In this document: in pieces, positions 41,703 through 53,574 of the stretch
Layout of the letters: the number at the start of each line of letters is the position of its first letter
Position numbering within the stretch: position 1 is the first letter of the stretch
NCBI RefSeq assembly: GCF_036507355.1
Contig: NZ_AP027877.1
Source: Escherichia coli
GTDB taxonomy: Bacteria; Pseudomonadota; Gammaproteobacteria; Enterobacterales; Enterobacteriaceae
Length of the DNA: 64,000 nucleotides
Reading direction: 5' to 3' (one strand)
Program-made: the position numbers and the translations under genes
The notes under the pieces: model-generated
What the model was told of the DNA's origin: nothing
What the model saw: only the letters and a program-made list of their open reading frames with translations
Database searches by the model: none

Positions 41703-41999
41703 TTAGCGGTGATGTTTGCCTGGACCATGACCGCCGTGATGATCATGAGGAGCTTTCTTATGGTGGCGCGGCGGTGGCGGCGGTCCGTGTGGGTGCCAGC
41801 GATTGCCTCGCCATTCATAATGTTGTTTCCACCAGCCGTGGTCGCGCCAGTGACCTCCATCCCAGTAATAGCCACGATTATCACGATCGCCTATCTGTAA
41901 TTTTACTGACGGGACTAACGTAATTTCCGCAGCCTGTGCTGCCATGGGAGCGACCAGAACCAGGGAAAGTGCGAGTACGATAGATTGCATCTTTTTCAC
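41703..41999 (-). CDS. yaaX: small secreted His/Pro/Trp-rich protein of unknown function
   Basis: 98-aa ORF with signal peptide and a low-complexity [28 protein letters not shown] tail. Confidence 0.8.
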   Translation of the reverse strand: MKKMQSIVLALSLVLVAPMAAQAAEITLVPSVKLQIGDRDNRGYYWDGGHWRDHGWWKQHYEWRGNRWHPHGPPPPPRHHKKAPHDHHGGHGPGKHHR

Positions 42000-42212
42000 A
42001 GGTTACTCCTTTTATCATTGCCCGTTATGGGTCGATATCCGGAGATTACGCGATGAGAACGACGGTTGTTATTCTCCGCAATCCTAATCTCTAAGTTACC
42101 GCATTTATTGAGAATTTCTCCTTTTTCCCTGTCGTTTTTCTCCATAATTTCTTCATAAAAAAGCCGGGCTGCATAAAAGCAAACCCGGCCTGATTGAGAT
42201 AATGAATAGATT

Positions 42213-43499
42213 TTACTGATGATTCATCATCAATTTACGCAACGCAGCAAAATCGGCGGGCAGATTATGTGAAAGCAAGGGTAAATCAGCACGTTCTGCC
42301 AGCTCTTTTGGCAGATCCAACGTTTCACCGAGAATCGCTTCCACGCTCTCTTTAAATTTCGCCGGATGCGCGGTGCCGAGGAACAAGCCATATTCGCCTG
42401 GATTCAACTGGTCACGCAGCGCACGATACGCTACGGCAGCGTGCGGCTCCGAGGTGTAGCCCAGTTCTTTTAACTCACGCATTGTCTGTTGCGTGGTTTC
42501 ATCATCCACGGCTGCATAACCCAGCTCTTTCAGTTGCCAGATTTTGCGGCGGAACAACTCTTCCACACGCGGCCAGTTGTTCGGCTGACTCACGTCCATC
42601 GCGTTGGATAACGTCGCCTGAGTCGCTTTGGGTGACCACTGACCGTCGTGCAGGAAACGTGGCACGGTATCGTTCACGTTGGTCGCAGCAATAAAACGTT
42701 TCACCGGCAGACCGAGTGACTTCGCCAGCAGACCCGCCGTCAAATCGCCGAAGTTTCCGCTTGGCACCGAGACAACCAGCTGGTTGCGCGCTTCCTGCGG
42801 CAGCTGCGCAACTGCTTCAAAGTAGTAGCAAATCTGCGCCAGCAAACGGCTGATGTTAATCGAGTTAGCCGAGTTTAACCCCAGCGCCACTTTCAGTTCT
42901 TCATCATCAAACGCCTGCTTCACCAGCGCCTGACAGGCATCGAAATCGCCGTCGATGGCAACAGTTTCGATATTGCCGCCCAACGTACAGAACAGTTTTT
43001 CTTGCAGTGGACTGATTTTGCCTCGTGGATAGAGGATAACCACTTTCACATTCGGCAAACCGTAGAAAGCATGAGCCACTGCCGCTCCGGTATCACCGGA
43101 GGTCGCGGTCAGAATGGTCACTGGCTTATCGCCCGCAATATGGGTCAGCATTTGTGCCATAAAGCGACCGCCGAAATCTTTAAATGCCAGCGTTGGCCCG
43201 TGGAACAATTCCAGACAACCGACATCGCTTTCAACATTGGCGACCGGAGCCGGGAAGGCAAACGCCGCGCGCACGCGCTCTTCCAGGATTTCCTGCGGGA
43301 TTTCATCACCAATAAACGCCGAGAGGATCTTCGCACTGCGGGTGACAAAATCCAGCTTCAGCATCTCATCAATTTCAGTCAGGCTGAATTCCGGCAGGTC
43401 ATGCGGAAAAAACAGCCCCTGATTTTTGCCCAACCCCTGGGTTACGGCTTGCGCAAAGCTGACCTGCTCGTTGTGATCTTTCAGATTGTAGAGTTTCAT
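42213..43499 (-). CDS. thrC: threonine synthase
   Basis: 428-aa ORF. Confidence 0.97.
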   Translation of the reverse strand: MKLYNLKDHNEQVSFAQAVTQGLGKNQGLFFPHDLPEFSLTEIDEMLKLDFVTRSAKILSAFIGDEIPQEILEERVRAAFAFPAPVANVESDVGCLELFHGPTLAFKDFGGRFMAQMLTHIAGDKPVTILTATSGDTGAAVAHAFYGLPNVKVVILYPRGKISPLQEKLFCTLGGNIETVAIDGDFDACQALVKQAFDDEELKVALGLNSANSINISRLLAQICYYFEAVAQLPQEARNQLVVSVPSGNFGDLTAGLLAKSLGLPVKRFIAATNVNDTVPRFLHDGQWSPKATQATLSNAMDVSQPNNWPRVEELFRRKIWQLKELGYAAVDDETTQQTMRELKELGYTSEPHAAVAYRALRDQLNPGEYGLFLGTAHPAKFKESVEAILGETLDLPKELAERADLPLLSHNLPADFAALRKLMMNHQ

Positions 43500-44432
43500 T
43501 TAGTTTTCCAGTACTCGTGCGCCCGCCGTATCCAGCCGGCAAATATGAACAAAACCTTCCTGATTTTGCAGGTAGTTCTTACCCAACCAGTCGGCAACGC
43601 GCTGGGCGGTATCCGGCTTGTCACATAGAGCGAACAAGGTCGGGCCGGAGCCGGAGATACCGCTCGCTACCGCGCCGATTTCCGCGACCGCCTGCCGCGC
43701 CTGCCGGAAGCCAGGCAGTAACCGTTCACGGTAGGGTTCAGCGATAACATCTTTCATCAGCTTCGCGGCAAGCTCAGGCTGACGGGAATAGCAGGCGTGA
43801 ATGAAGCCAGCCAGATGTCGCCCGTGCGCAATGCAATCCTGGCGACGATACTGCGCCGGTAAAATAGCCCGGGCTTCTGCCGTCGAGACTTTAATTCCCG
43901 GATACGCCAGCACCCACAGCCACTCATCAAACCCTGGCACTTGCTGGCTGATGATGTCGTTTTCTTCGATCATCAACTGCATACCACCAAGAAAACACGG
44001 TGCCACGTTGTCGTAATGAATGCTGCCGGAGATACGTCCTTCCAGCTCGCCCATCAAAGCCAGCAAACGGGTGTCATTAAGTGGCTTGCCGCAGTGTTCA
44101 TTCATCGCCATCAGCGCCGCGACCACCGAACAGGCGCTGGAGCCTAAGCCCGAGCCGATCGGCATATTCTTTTCCAGAGTCATCGCCACTGGAATTTGCT
44201 TGCCCAGCTCCAGGCAAAAACGCTCCCAGCACTGATAAACGATATTTTCCCGTGGTTCTGACGGCAGCTTATCGGCAAAGCGTCCGAGGTTGTTGAGACT
44301 GAATGTCTCTGCCGCCTCAACCGTGACTACATCTCCGAGCAATGCACCATCAACGGGTGTCACCGCCGCCCCGAGCACATCAAACCCGACGCTCATATTG
44401 GCACTGGAAGCCGGGGCATAAACTTTAACCAT
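43500..44432 (-). CDS. thrB: homoserine kinase
   Basis: 310-aa ORF, GHMP kinase motif [10 protein letters not shown]. Confidence 0.97.
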   Translation of the reverse strand: MVKVYAPASSANMSVGFDVLGAAVTPVDGALLGDVVTVEAAETFSLNNLGRFADKLPSEPRENIVYQCWERFCLELGKQIPVAMTLEKNMPIGSGLGSSACSVVAALMAMNEHCGKPLNDTRLLALMGELEGRISGSIHYDNVAPCFLGGMQLMIEENDIISQQVPGFDEWLWVLAYPGIKVSTAEARAILPAQYRRQDCIAHGRHLAGFIHACYSRQPELAAKLMKDVIAEPYRERLLPGFRQARQAVAEIGAVASGISGSGPTLFALCDKPDTAQRVADWLGKNYLQNQEGFVHICRLDTAGARVLEN

Positions 44433-44433
44433 G

Positions 44434-46896
44434 TCAGACTCCTAACTTCCATGAGAGGGTACGTAGCAGATCGGCAAAGACACCAGCAGCGGTAACGTCA
44501 TTGCCCGCACCATATCCGCGCAGCACCAACGGCAGCGGCTGATAATAATGGCTATAGAAGGCCAGGGCGTTTTCGCCATTTTTCACTTTGAACAGCGGAT
44601 CATTACCATCCACTTCGGCAATCTTCACGCGGCAGACGCCATCTTCATCAATATTGCCAACATAGCGCAAAACTTTTCCTTCATCACGGGCCTTCGCCAC
44701 GCGCGCGGCAAAGAGATCGTCGAGCTGTGACAGATTCGCCATAAAAGCTGCAACATCACCCTCGGCGTTAAACTCTGCGGGCAGCACAGGTTCAATTTCA
44801 ATATCCGCCAGCTCCAGTTCACGTCCCGTTTCACGAGCGAGAATCAATAGTTTACGCGCCACATCCATACCAGAAAGATCATCTCGCGGATCCGGTTCGG
44901 TATAACCCATTTCCCGCGCCAGCGTGGTCGCCTCGGAGAAACTCATGCCTTCGTCTAACTTGCCGAAGATATAAGAAAGCGAACCTGAAAGAATGCCGGA
45001 GAACTTCATCAATTCATCACCTGCATTGAGCAGATTTTGCAGGTTCTCAATAACCGGTAATCCAGCCCCAACGTTGGTGTCATAGAGGAATTTACGCCGC
45101 GATTTTTCCGCCGCATGACGCAACAGATGGTAGTAATCCATCGACGAGGTGTTGGCCTTTTTGTTCGGCGTGACAACGTGGAAACCTTCGCGCAGGAAGT
45201 CGGCATATTGATCCGCCACTGCCTGGCTGGAGGTGCAGTCAACAATGACCGGGTTCAGCAGATGATATTCTTTCACGAGGCGAATTAAGCGCCCGAGATT
45301 AAACGGCTCTTTGGCTTGTGCAAGTTCTTCCTGCCAGTTTTCCAGATTAAGGCCATGCACACTAGTGAGCAGAGCCTTCGAGTTGGCAACGCCGCAGACA
45401 CGTAAGTCGATATGTTTATTCTTCAGCCAGCTTTGCTGACGCTTCAGTTGCTCCAGCAGCGCACCGCCAACGCCACCGACGCCAATCACAAACACTTCGA
45501 TAACCTGATCGGTATTGAACAGCATCTGATGAGTAACGCGCACGCCAGTGGTCGCATCATCGTTATTTACCACGACAGAGATTGAGCGTTCAGAAGATCC
45601 CTGAGCAATGGCGACAATGTTGATATTGGCGCGGGCCAGCGCGGCAAAGAATTTCGCCGAGATCCCACGCAAGGTGCGCATACCATCACCTACCACCGAG
45701 ATAATGGCCAGCCGTTCCGTCACCGCCAGCGGCTCCAGTAAGCCTTCTTTCAGTTCCAGGTAGAACTCTTCCTGCATTGCCCGTTCAGCCCGCACACAGT
45801 CGCTTTGCGGAACGCAGAAACTGATACTGTATTCGGAAGATGATTGCGTAATCAGCACCACGGAAATACGGGCGCGTGACATCGCGGCAAAGACGCGCGC
45901 CGCCATGCCGACCATTCCTTTCATCCCCGGGCCGGAAACGCTGAACATTGCCATGTTATTCAGATTGGAAATGCCCTTGACCGGTAATTCGTCTTCATCA
46001 CGACTGGCACCAATGAGCGTACCTGGTGCTTGAGGATTTCCGGTATTTTTAATCAGGCAAGGGATCTGGAACTGGGCGATGGGGGTAATGGTGCGGGGGT
46101 GAAGAACTTTAGCGCCGAAGTAGGAAAGCTCCATCGCTTCCTGGTAGGACATCGACTTCAACAACCTCGCATCGGGCACCTGACGCGGGTCGCAGGTATA
46201 GACCCCGTCAACGTCCGTCCAAATCTCGCAACAATCGGCGCGTAAACAGGCAGCCAGCACCGCCGCGGAGTAGTCGGAACCGTTGCGTCCAAGTACCACC
46301 AGTTCGCCTTTTTCATTACCGGCGGTGAAGCCTGCCATCAGCACCATGTGATCAGCCGGAATACGACTTGCCGCAATACGGCGGGTGGACTCAGCAATAT
46401 CGACGGTAGATTCGAGGTAATGCCCCACTGCCAGTAGTTTTTCGACCGGATCGATAACGGTAACGTTGTGACCACGCGCTTCTAACACGCCGGCCATAAT
46501 GGCGATCGACATTTTCTCGCCACGGCAAATCAGCGCAGCGTTAATGCTATCCGGGCACTGCCCTAACAAACTAATGCCATGCAGGACATGTTTTATTTGG
46601 GCAAATTCCTGGTCGACGAAAGTTTTCAATTGCGCCAGCGGGAATCCCGGCTGGGCGGCGGCGAGTCCCGTCAAAAGTTCGGCAAAAATACGTTCGGCAT
46701 CGCTGATATTGGGTAAAGCATCCTGGCCGCTAATGGTTTTTTCAATCATCGCCACCAGGTGGTTGGTGATTTTGGCGGGGGCAGAGAGGACGGTGGCCAC
46801 CTGCCCCTGCCTGGCATTGCTTTCCAGAATATCGGCAACCCGCAGAAAACGTTCTGCATTTGCCACTGATGTACCGCCGAACTTCAACACTCGCAT
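44434..46896 (-). CDS. thrA: bifunctional aspartokinase I / homoserine dehydrogenase I
   Basis: 820-aa [20 protein letters not shown]... Confidence 0.97.
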   Translation of the reverse strand: MRVLKFGGTSVANAERFLRVADILESNARQGQVATVLSAPAKITNHLVAMIEKTISGQDALPNISDAERIFAELLTGLAAAQPGFPLAQLKTFVDQEFAQIKHVLHGISLLGQCPDSINAALICRGEKMSIAIMAGVLEARGHNVTVIDPVEKLLAVGHYLESTVDIAESTRRIAASRIPADHMVLMAGFTAGNEKGELVVLGRNGSDYSAAVLAACLRADCCEIWTDVDGVYTCDPRQVPDARLLKSMSYQEAMELSYFGAKVLHPRTITPIAQFQIPCLIKNTGNPQAPGTLIGASRDEDELPVKGISNLNNMAMFSVSGPGMKGMVGMAARVFAAMSRARISVVLITQSSSEYSISFCVPQSDCVRAERAMQEEFYLELKEGLLEPLAVTERLAIISVVGDGMRTLRGISAKFFAALARANINIVAIAQGSSERSISVVVNNDDATTGVRVTHQMLFNTDQVIEVFVIGVGGVGGALLEQLKRQQSWLKNKHIDLRVCGVANSKALLTSVHGLNLENWQEELAQAKEPFNLGRLIRLVKEYHLLNPVIVDCTSSQAVADQYADFLREGFHVVTPNKKANTSSMDYYHLLRHAAEKSRRKFLYDTNVGAGLPVIENLQNLLNAGDELMKFSGILSGSLSYIFGKLDEGMSFSEATTLAREMGYTEPDPRDDLSGMDVARKLLILARETGRELELADIEIEPVLPAEFNAEGDVAAFMANLSQLDDLFAARVAKARDEGKVLRYVGNIDEDGVCRVKIAEVDGNDPLFKVKNGENALAFYSHYYQPLPLVLRGYGAGNDVTAAGVFADLLRTLSWKLGV

Positions 46897-46920
46897 GGTT
46901 GTTACCTCGTTACCTTTGGT

Positions 46921-46960
46921 CGAAAAAAAAAGCCCGCACTGTCAGGTGCGGGCTTTTTTC
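46921..46960 (-). terminator. thr operon attenuator (leader terminator)
   Basis: GC-rich hairpin agcccgcac-tgtca-ggtgcgggct followed by a T8 run on the coding strand, between thrL and thrA. Confidence 0.85.
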
Positions 46961-46977
46961 TGTGTTTCCTGTACGCG

Positions 46978-47046
<69 letters not shown>

Positions 47047-47256
47047 TGTTGTGTACTCTGTAATTTTTATCTGTCTGTGCGCTATGCCTATATTGGTTAA
47101 AGTATTTAGTGACCTAAGTCAATAAAATTTTAATTTACTCACGGCAGGTAACCAGTTCAGAAGCTGCTGTCAGAGACTCTTTTTTTAATCCACACAGAGA
47201 CATATTGCCCATTGCAGTCAGAATGAAAAGCTGAAAAATACTTACTAAGGCGTTTT

Positions 47257-47943
47257 TTATTTGGTGATATTTTTTTCAATATCATGCAGCAAACGGTGCA
47301 ACATTGCCGTGTCTCGTTGCTCTAAAAGCCCCAGGCGTTGCTGTAACCAGTCGACCAGTTTTATGTCATCTGCCACTGCCAGAGTCGTCAGCAATGCCAT
47401 GACTCGTTCGCGTAAAGCTTGCAGTTGATGTTGGTCTGCCGTTGTGTCACTTTTCGTCGGTTGTTGTATTAATGTTGCTAATTGATAGCAATAGACCATC
47501 ACTGCCTGCCCCAGATTGAGCGAAGGATAATCCGCCACCATCGGCACACCAGTAAGAACGTCAGCCAACGCTAACTCTTCGTTAGTCAACCCGGAATCTT
47601 CGCGACCAAACACCAGCGCGGCATGGCTCATCCATGAAGATTTTTCCTCTAACAGCGGCACCAGTTCAACTGGCGTGGCGTAGTAATGATATTTCGCCCG
47701 ACTGCGCGCAGTGGTGGCGACAGTGAAATCGACATCGTGTAACGATTCAACCAGTGTCGGGAAAACTTTAATATTATCAATAATATCACCAGATCCATGT
47801 GCGACCCAGCGAGTGGCTGGCTCCAGATGTGCCTGACTATCGACAATCCGCAGTTCGCTAAACCCCATCGTTTTCATTGCCCGCGCCGCTGCCCCAATAT
47901 TTTCTGCTCTGGCGGGTGCGACCAGAATAATCGTTATACGCAT
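47257..47943 (-). CDS. lasT: SpoU/TrmH-family RNA methyltransferase
   Basis: 228 aa from ATG at 47943 (MRITIILVAPARAENIGAAARAMKTMGF...). Confidence 0.85.
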   Translation of the reverse strand: MRITIILVAPARAENIGAAARAMKTMGFSELRIVDSQAHLEPATRWVAHGSGDIIDNIKVFPTLVESLHDVDFTVATTARSRAKYHYYATPVELVPLLEEKSSWMSHAALVFGREDSGLTNEELALADVLTGVPMVADYPSLNLGQAVMVYCYQLATLIQQPTKSDTTADQHQLQALRERVMALLTTLAVADDIKLVDWLQQRLGLLEQRDTAMLHRLLHDIEKNITK

Positions 47944-48342
47944 ATTGCCACTCTTCTTGACCAAATGACCGCGAACAGGGTGATCACTGTCAACTTATTA
48001 CGCGGTGCGAATTTACAAATCCTTAACGTAAGTCGCAGAAAAAGCCCTTTACTTAGCTTAAAAAAGGCTAAACTATTTCCTGACTGTACTAACGGTTGAA
48101 TTGTTAAAAAATGCTACATATCCTTCTGTTTACTTAGGATAATTTTATAAAAAATAAATCTCGACAATTGGATTCACCACGTTTATTAGTTGTATGATGC
48201 AACTAGTTGGATTATTAAAATAATGTGACGAAAGCTAGCATTTAGATACGATGATTTCATCAAACTGTTAACGTGCTACAATTGAACTTGATATATGTCA
48301 ACGAAGCGTAGTTTTATTGGGTGTCCGGCCCCTCTTAGCCTG

Positions 48343-48483
48343 TTATGTTGCTGTTAAAATGGTTAGGATGACAGCCGTTTTTGACACTGTCGGGTCCTGA
48401 GGGAAAGTACCCACGACCAAGCTAATGATGTTGTTGACGTTGATGGAAAGTGCATCAAGAACGCAATTACGTACTTTAGTCAT
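48343..48483 (-). CDS. yjjY: small protein YjjY (46 aa)
   Basis: Reverse-strand ORF MTKVRNCVLDALSINVNNIISLVVGTFPQDPTVSKTAVILTILTAT, below the 60-aa ORF-track cutoff; sits in the arcA upstream region. Confidence 0.55.
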   Translation of the reverse strand: MTKVRNCVLDALSINVNNIISLVVGTFPQDPTVSKTAVILTILTAT

Positions 48484-48578
48484 GTTACGCCGATCATGTT
48501 AATTTGCAGCATGCATCAGGCAGGTCAGGGACTTTTGTACTTCCTGTTTCGATTTAGTTGGCAATTTAGGTAGCAAAC

Positions 48579-49295
48579 ATGCAGACCCCGCACATTCTTA
48601 TCGTTGAAGACGAGTTGGTAACACGCAACACGTTGAAAAGTATTTTCGAAGCGGAAGGCTATGATGTTTTCGAAGCGACAGATGGCGCGGAAATGCATCA
48701 GATCCTCTCTGAATATGACATCAACCTGGTGATCATGGATATCAATCTGCCGGGTAAGAACGGTCTTCTGTTAGCGCGTGAACTGCGCGAGCAGGCGAAT
48801 GTTGCGTTGATGTTCCTGACTGGCCGTGACAACGAAGTCGATAAAATTCTCGGCCTCGAAATCGGTGCAGATGACTACATCACCAAACCGTTCAACCCGC
48901 GTGAACTGACGATTCGTGCACGCAACCTGCTGTCCCGTACCATGAATCTGGGTACTGTCAGCGAAGAACGTCGTAGCGTTGAAAGCTACAAGTTCAATGG
49001 TTGGGAACTGGACATCAACAGCCGTTCGTTGATCGGCCCTGATGGCGAGCAGTACAAGCTGCCGCGCAGCGAGTTCCGCGCCATGCTTCACTTCTGTGAA
49101 AACCCAGGCAAAATTCAGTCCCGTGCTGAACTGCTGAAGAAAATGACCGGCCGTGAGCTGAAACCACACGACCGTACTGTAGACGTGACGATCCGCCGTA
49201 TTCGTAAACATTTCGAATCTACGCCGGATACGCCGGAAATCATCGCCACCATCCACGGTGAAGGTTATCGCTTCTGCGGTGATCTGGAAGATTAA
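48579..49295 (+). CDS. arcA: aerobic respiration control response regulator ArcA
   Basis: 238-aa OmpR-family response regulator [30 protein letters not shown]... Confidence 0.97.
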
Positions 49296-49315
49296 TCGGC
49301 GTTACCACCGTCAAA

Positions 49316-49345
49316 AAAAATGGCGCTTTTTAGCGCCGTTTTTAT
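49316..49345. terminator. bidirectional terminator between arcA and creD
   Basis: aaaaaaaatggcgctttttagcgccgtttttattttt: GC stem flanked by A- and T-runs. Confidence 0.6.
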
Positions 49346-49354
49346 TTTTCAACC

Positions 49355-50707
49355 TTATTTCCAGATACGTAATTGATCGTCCATTGTAACTTCTTTACTG
49401 GCTTTCATTTTCGGCAGTGAAAACGCATACCAGTCGATATTACGAGTCACAAACATCATGCCGGCCAGCGCCACCACCAGCACACTGGTTCCCAACAACA
49501 GCGCGCTATCGGCAGAGTTGAGCAGTCCCCACATCACACCATCCAGCAACAACAGCGCGAGGGTAAACAACATGCTGTTGCGCCAGCCTTTCAATACCGC
49601 CTGCAAATAAATACCGTTCATTAACGCCCCAATCAGACTGGCGATTATCCATGCCACGGTAAAACCGATATGTTCAGAAAGCGCCAGCAAGAGCAAATAA
49701 AACATCACCAATGAAAGCCCCACCAGCAAATATTGCATTGGGTGTAAACGTTGCGCGGTGAGCGTTTCAAAAACAAAGAACGCCATAAAAGTCAGTGCAA
49801 TCAGCAGAATGGCGTACTTAGTCGCCCGGTCCGTTAATTGGTATTGATCGGCTGGCGTCGTCACTGCGACGCTAAACGCGGGGAAGTTTTCCCAGCCGGT
49901 ATCATTGCCTGAAGCAAAACGCTCACCGAGATTATTAGCAAACCAGCTGCTTTGCCATTGCGCCTGAAAACCTGACTCGCTAACTTCCCGTTTGGCTGGC
50001 AAAAAATCACCTAAAAAACTGGGATGCGGCCAGTTGCTGGTTAAGGTCATTTCGCTATTACGCCCGGCAGGCACCACAGAAAGATCGCCGGTACCGCTTA
50101 AATTCAGGGCCATATTCAGCTTCAGGTTCTGCTTCCGCCAGTCCCCTTCGGGTAAAGGGATATGCACGCCCTGCCCGCCTTGCTCTAACCCGGTGCCGGG
50201 TTCAATGGTCAGCGCCGTTCCGTTAACTTCAGGCGCTTTCACCACACCAATACCACGCGCATCCCCGACGCTAATCACAATAAAGGGCTTGCCTAAGATG
50301 ATATTTGGCGCGTTGAGCTCGCTAAGACGCGAAACATCGAAATCGGCTTTTAGCGTTAAATCACTGTGCCAGACCTGACCGGTATAAATCCCTATCTTGC
50401 GTTCTTCCACGTTCTGATTGCCATCAACCATCAATGACTCAGGTAACCAAAAATGGATAAAACTTCGTTTCCGCTCCACGGTTTTATCCTCTTCCTGCAC
50501 CGTATAAAGCTCGGTCACAGGAATAGCGATAAGCGGCCCAACGAGTTTTTGCGGCCCGCTGGTACTTTGGCGAATCGCATCTTCCACATCGCTACGGTAA
50601 TCGGCACGTTCGACAATCACTTGCCGAATCAGCATTATCGGAATCAACAACAGCAATACTGCACCAAACAAGGTGGTCATTTTCCAGAACAGGGGGGATT
50701 TCAACAT
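49355..50707 (-). CDS. creD: inner membrane protein CreD
   Basis: 450-aa membrane protein. Confidence 0.9.
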   Translation of the reverse strand: MLKSPLFWKMTTLFGAVLLLLIPIMLIRQVIVERADYRSDVEDAIRQSTSGPQKLVGPLIAIPVTELYTVQEEDKTVERKRSFIHFWLPESLMVDGNQNVEERKIGIYTGQVWHSDLTLKADFDVSRLSELNAPNIILGKPFIVISVGDARGIGVVKAPEVNGTALTIEPGTGLEQGGQGVHIPLPEGDWRKQNLKLNMALNLSGTGDLSVVPAGRNSEMTLTSNWPHPSFLGDFLPAKREVSESGFQAQWQSSWFANNLGERFASGNDTGWENFPAFSVAVTTPADQYQLTDRATKYAILLIALTFMAFFVFETLTAQRLHPMQYLLVGLSLVMFYLLLLALSEHIGFTVAWIIASLIGALMNGIYLQAVLKGWRNSMLFTLALLLLDGVMWGLLNSADSALLLGTSVLVVALAGMMFVTRNIDWYAFSLPKMKASKEVTMDDQLRIWK

Positions 50708-50764
50708 AGTCTTCTCCTTTGCAATGGCAGCAGGATACGAAGGCTATGTGGGAAGAATTTGAAG

Positions 50765-52189
50765 CTATGTGAAGTGACGGTGAAGTCGAAGCGAGGCCAG
50801 CACGCCACCTTCCTGCACGTTGCGCAGCGTGACTTCGCCGTTAAACAAACGGGCGACCTCACTGACGAACGCCAACCCCAGACCGCTGCTTTTTTGCCCA
50901 TTTGCACGCGGCAAAGAGTAAAAGCGTTCAAAAATACGTGACAGCGCGTAGTCAGGAATACCACTACCGGTATCCAGCACCTTAAGGGCGACGTGTTCCT
51001 GATCCACTTCGGCGCTTAGCGTTATGCGACCGCTCTCGGGGGTAAAATCGATGGCGTTATCCAGTAAATTCCCCAGCGCCTGCTCCAGTAACGCCGGTTC
51101 AGCAGCAACATTAACCTCAGTGGGCATAACATGTAGAGTGATGTTTTTTTCTGCCAACTGCACGGTGCGCGCTTCGCTGACGCGGCGAAATAATGCCGCC
51201 ACATCAACAACAGTCAGAACGACTTCCTGACGATTCTCCAGTCTTGCCTGGCGTAGTAACGTTTCTACCAATGCCTGCATACGCGCATTTTGCGTCAGAA
51301 TGTTGTCGGTAAAACGAGCCACCACTTCCGGTGGCGGACCTTCGCGTAAAATTTCCGCCGCGCCACGAATCGCCGCCAGTGGGCTTTTTAGCTCATGGGT
51401 TAACGCATAAACATACTGCTCAATATAGTTTTTCCCTTCCAGCTTCACGCGCATACTTTCCAGCGCCTGCGCAAGCTTACGCAACTCGCTACTGCCGAGT
51501 TCAGGAAGAGGAACGGGCTTATTGTCAGTGACGGAATCGGCATAGCGAGTGAGCCGGGCAATGGAGCGGTTGATCCACCAAACCATGCCTGCGCCAATCA
51601 CCAGTGCAATCCCCAGCAAAATGGCGCTGGCCCATAAAATTCGCCGCTCGCTACGCTTAATGACCGGAGCCATCGCCGCGTTCGGTTTGCCTACGCTCAA
51701 AACGCCAATAAGCCGCGAGCCGTCCATAATCGGCGCGGCAACATACATCACCGAACTTTCGGGATCGGCAGGATTTTGCAACGTGCTGCGCGCACCATAC
51801 TGACCACGCAACGTTAGCCAGACGTCATTCCAGCGCGAATAATCCTGCCCAACGGCTTTATTTGCCGAATCGAACAATACTTTACCCTGCGAATCGGTCA
51901 TATAGACATGATATTCATTGCGCACTTTGTTAATGCCACCGATATTGGCGCGAAACGGGCGATGTTGTAGCTGATTAAACGCCTGCGCCAGTTGCCCATG
52001 CGTTGGGTCCCCAGAGAGCAAATCGGGACGCGCCAGCTCCGCCAGCAACGTTGCGGTATCGATTAACGTCCCCTCCGTTGCTCTTCGCACGCCCGGTTTA
52101 ACTTCTTTGACAAAAATAGCCAGTACGAACCAGGCCGCCACCGCCACCAGTAAAAAATAGCCCAGCAGCAACCGCATGCCGATACGCAT
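50765..52189 (-). CDS. creC: sensor histidine kinase CreC
   Basis: 474-aa ORF with HAMP and kinase domains. Confidence 0.9.
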   Translation of the reverse strand: MRIGMRLLLGYFLLVAVAAWFVLAIFVKEVKPGVRRATEGTLIDTATLLAELARPDLLSGDPTHGQLAQAFNQLQHRPFRANIGGINKVRNEYHVYMTDSQGKVLFDSANKAVGQDYSRWNDVWLTLRGQYGARSTLQNPADPESSVMYVAAPIMDGSRLIGVLSVGKPNAAMAPVIKRSERRILWASAILLGIALVIGAGMVWWINRSIARLTRYADSVTDNKPVPLPELGSSELRKLAQALESMRVKLEGKNYIEQYVYALTHELKSPLAAIRGAAEILREGPPPEVVARFTDNILTQNARMQALVETLLRQARLENRQEVVLTVVDVAALFRRVSEARTVQLAEKNITLHVMPTEVNVAAEPALLEQALGNLLDNAIDFTPESGRITLSAEVDQEHVALKVLDTGSGIPDYALSRIFERFYSLPRANGQKSSGLGLAFVSEVARLFNGEVTLRNVQEGGVLASLRLHRHFT

Positions 52190-52878
52190 TACAGACCCCT
52201 CAGGCTATATCCCATGCCGCGATGAGTATTAATCGGTGAAAGATCGGGGTTGATGGCGCGCAGCTTGGCACGCAACGTTTTAATGTGGGTATCAATGGTG
52301 CGATCGTAGGTGTCCTGCGCATCTTCCCACACGCTATCCATTAGTTGCTGGCGGGACCAGACGCGGCCTGGCGACTTGAGTAACGTCTTCAGCAATAAAA
52401 ACTCATACCGCGTCAGCGTTAATGGCGTGTCAAACCAGCTGATCTGCGCCGCGGGTTCATTCAATTCAAAATGACCAATACGGATGACGGGAGACGGCGA
52501 CGAGAACTTCTTCACCCGACGCAGTAAGGTGCGCACCCTGGCGCACACTTCGCGGGGTGAAAACGGTTTAGCCACATAGTCGTCAGCGCCAATTTCCAGC
52601 CCAAGCAGGCGATCGACCTCTTCACTTCGGGCCGTCAGGAACAGTACAGGTAACGCCGGATGGAGCGCCAGTAACTGGCGGCATAATTCAAAGCCGCTGA
52701 TATCAGGCAAACCAACATCGAGAATCATGACGTCGGGAGCCTGCTGGCGAGCTTTATCCAGCACCGGCAAGCCTCGCTCAAAGACCTCGACGGCAAAACC
52801 TTCCTGCTGCAACATGTAGACCAGCGTGTCGGCTATCCCTTGCTCATCTTCCACTAACCAGACCGTTTCCCGTTGCAT
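52189..52878 (-). CDS. creB: response regulator CreB
   Basis: 229-aa OmpR-family regulator. Confidence 0.9.
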   Translation of the reverse strand: MQRETVWLVEDEQGIADTLVYMLQQEGFAVEVFERGLPVLDKARQQAPDVMILDVGLPDISGFELCRQLLALHPALPVLFLTARSEEVDRLLGLEIGADDYVAKPFSPREVCARVRTLLRRVKKFSSPSPVIRIGHFELNEPAAQISWFDTPLTLTRYEFLLLKTLLKSPGRVWSRQQLMDSVWEDAQDTYDRTIDTHIKTLRAKLRAINPDLSPINTHRGMGYSLRGL

Positions 52879-52890
52879 AAATCGCCTCTG

Positions 52891-53364
52891 TTATTGCCGC
52901 CACGGCATGACAGGAACCGCGCTAATCGCGTTTTTCGGCGAACCTTCTACAACTTTGTCGGAGTAAGCCAGATAAGCGAGCGCGTTGCGTTTGGCGTCAT
53001 AAAAGCGCACGACCTGTAACGACTTAAAGACCAGGGACGTGCGTTTTTTGAATACTACCTCGCCCTGAGCTTTGCCGTTTTTAATACGATCCGACAGTTC
53101 AATCGGCCCGACTTGCTGACAAGAAATAGCCGCATCGGAGGTATCTTCCGCCAGACCCAATCCCCCTTTAATACCACCTGTTTTCGCCCGGCTCACATAA
53201 CAGGTGACATTTTTCACATCGGGATCGTCAAAGGCTTCCACAACAATTTTGTGATCCGGGCCGATCATTTTAAATACGGTGTCGACCGAACCAATCTCTT
53301 CTGCATGAGCCAATGGCCCCAGCATTATCAGGCTTAAAGACAGGATCAAATGCTTGTATTTCAT
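52891..53364 (-). CDS. creA: periplasmic protein CreA
   Basis: 157-aa ORF with signal peptide. Confidence 0.85.
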
Positions 53365-53574
53365 ATTGTTACCATTTTTATCTATTACACGAGCAATTAG
53401 TTCGTCACGGTAAATAACATATTGATTAAGAACAAAATCTCAATACTTTTATTTCCGTCAAGACCTAAAACATACTCTACTAAGAAAAAAACACTGAATG
53501 CTAAAACAGCAAAAAATGCTATTATCCAATTACCTGATGTCAGGTGCTCGTTGTTGAAAGGATGAGGATATTTT

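Noticed and set aside
41492-41923. 143-aa plus-strand ORF overlapping the REP cluster and yaaX
   Set aside because: It begins inside REP palindromes and runs antisense to yaaX; the translation is low-complexity and the ORF is likely spurious.
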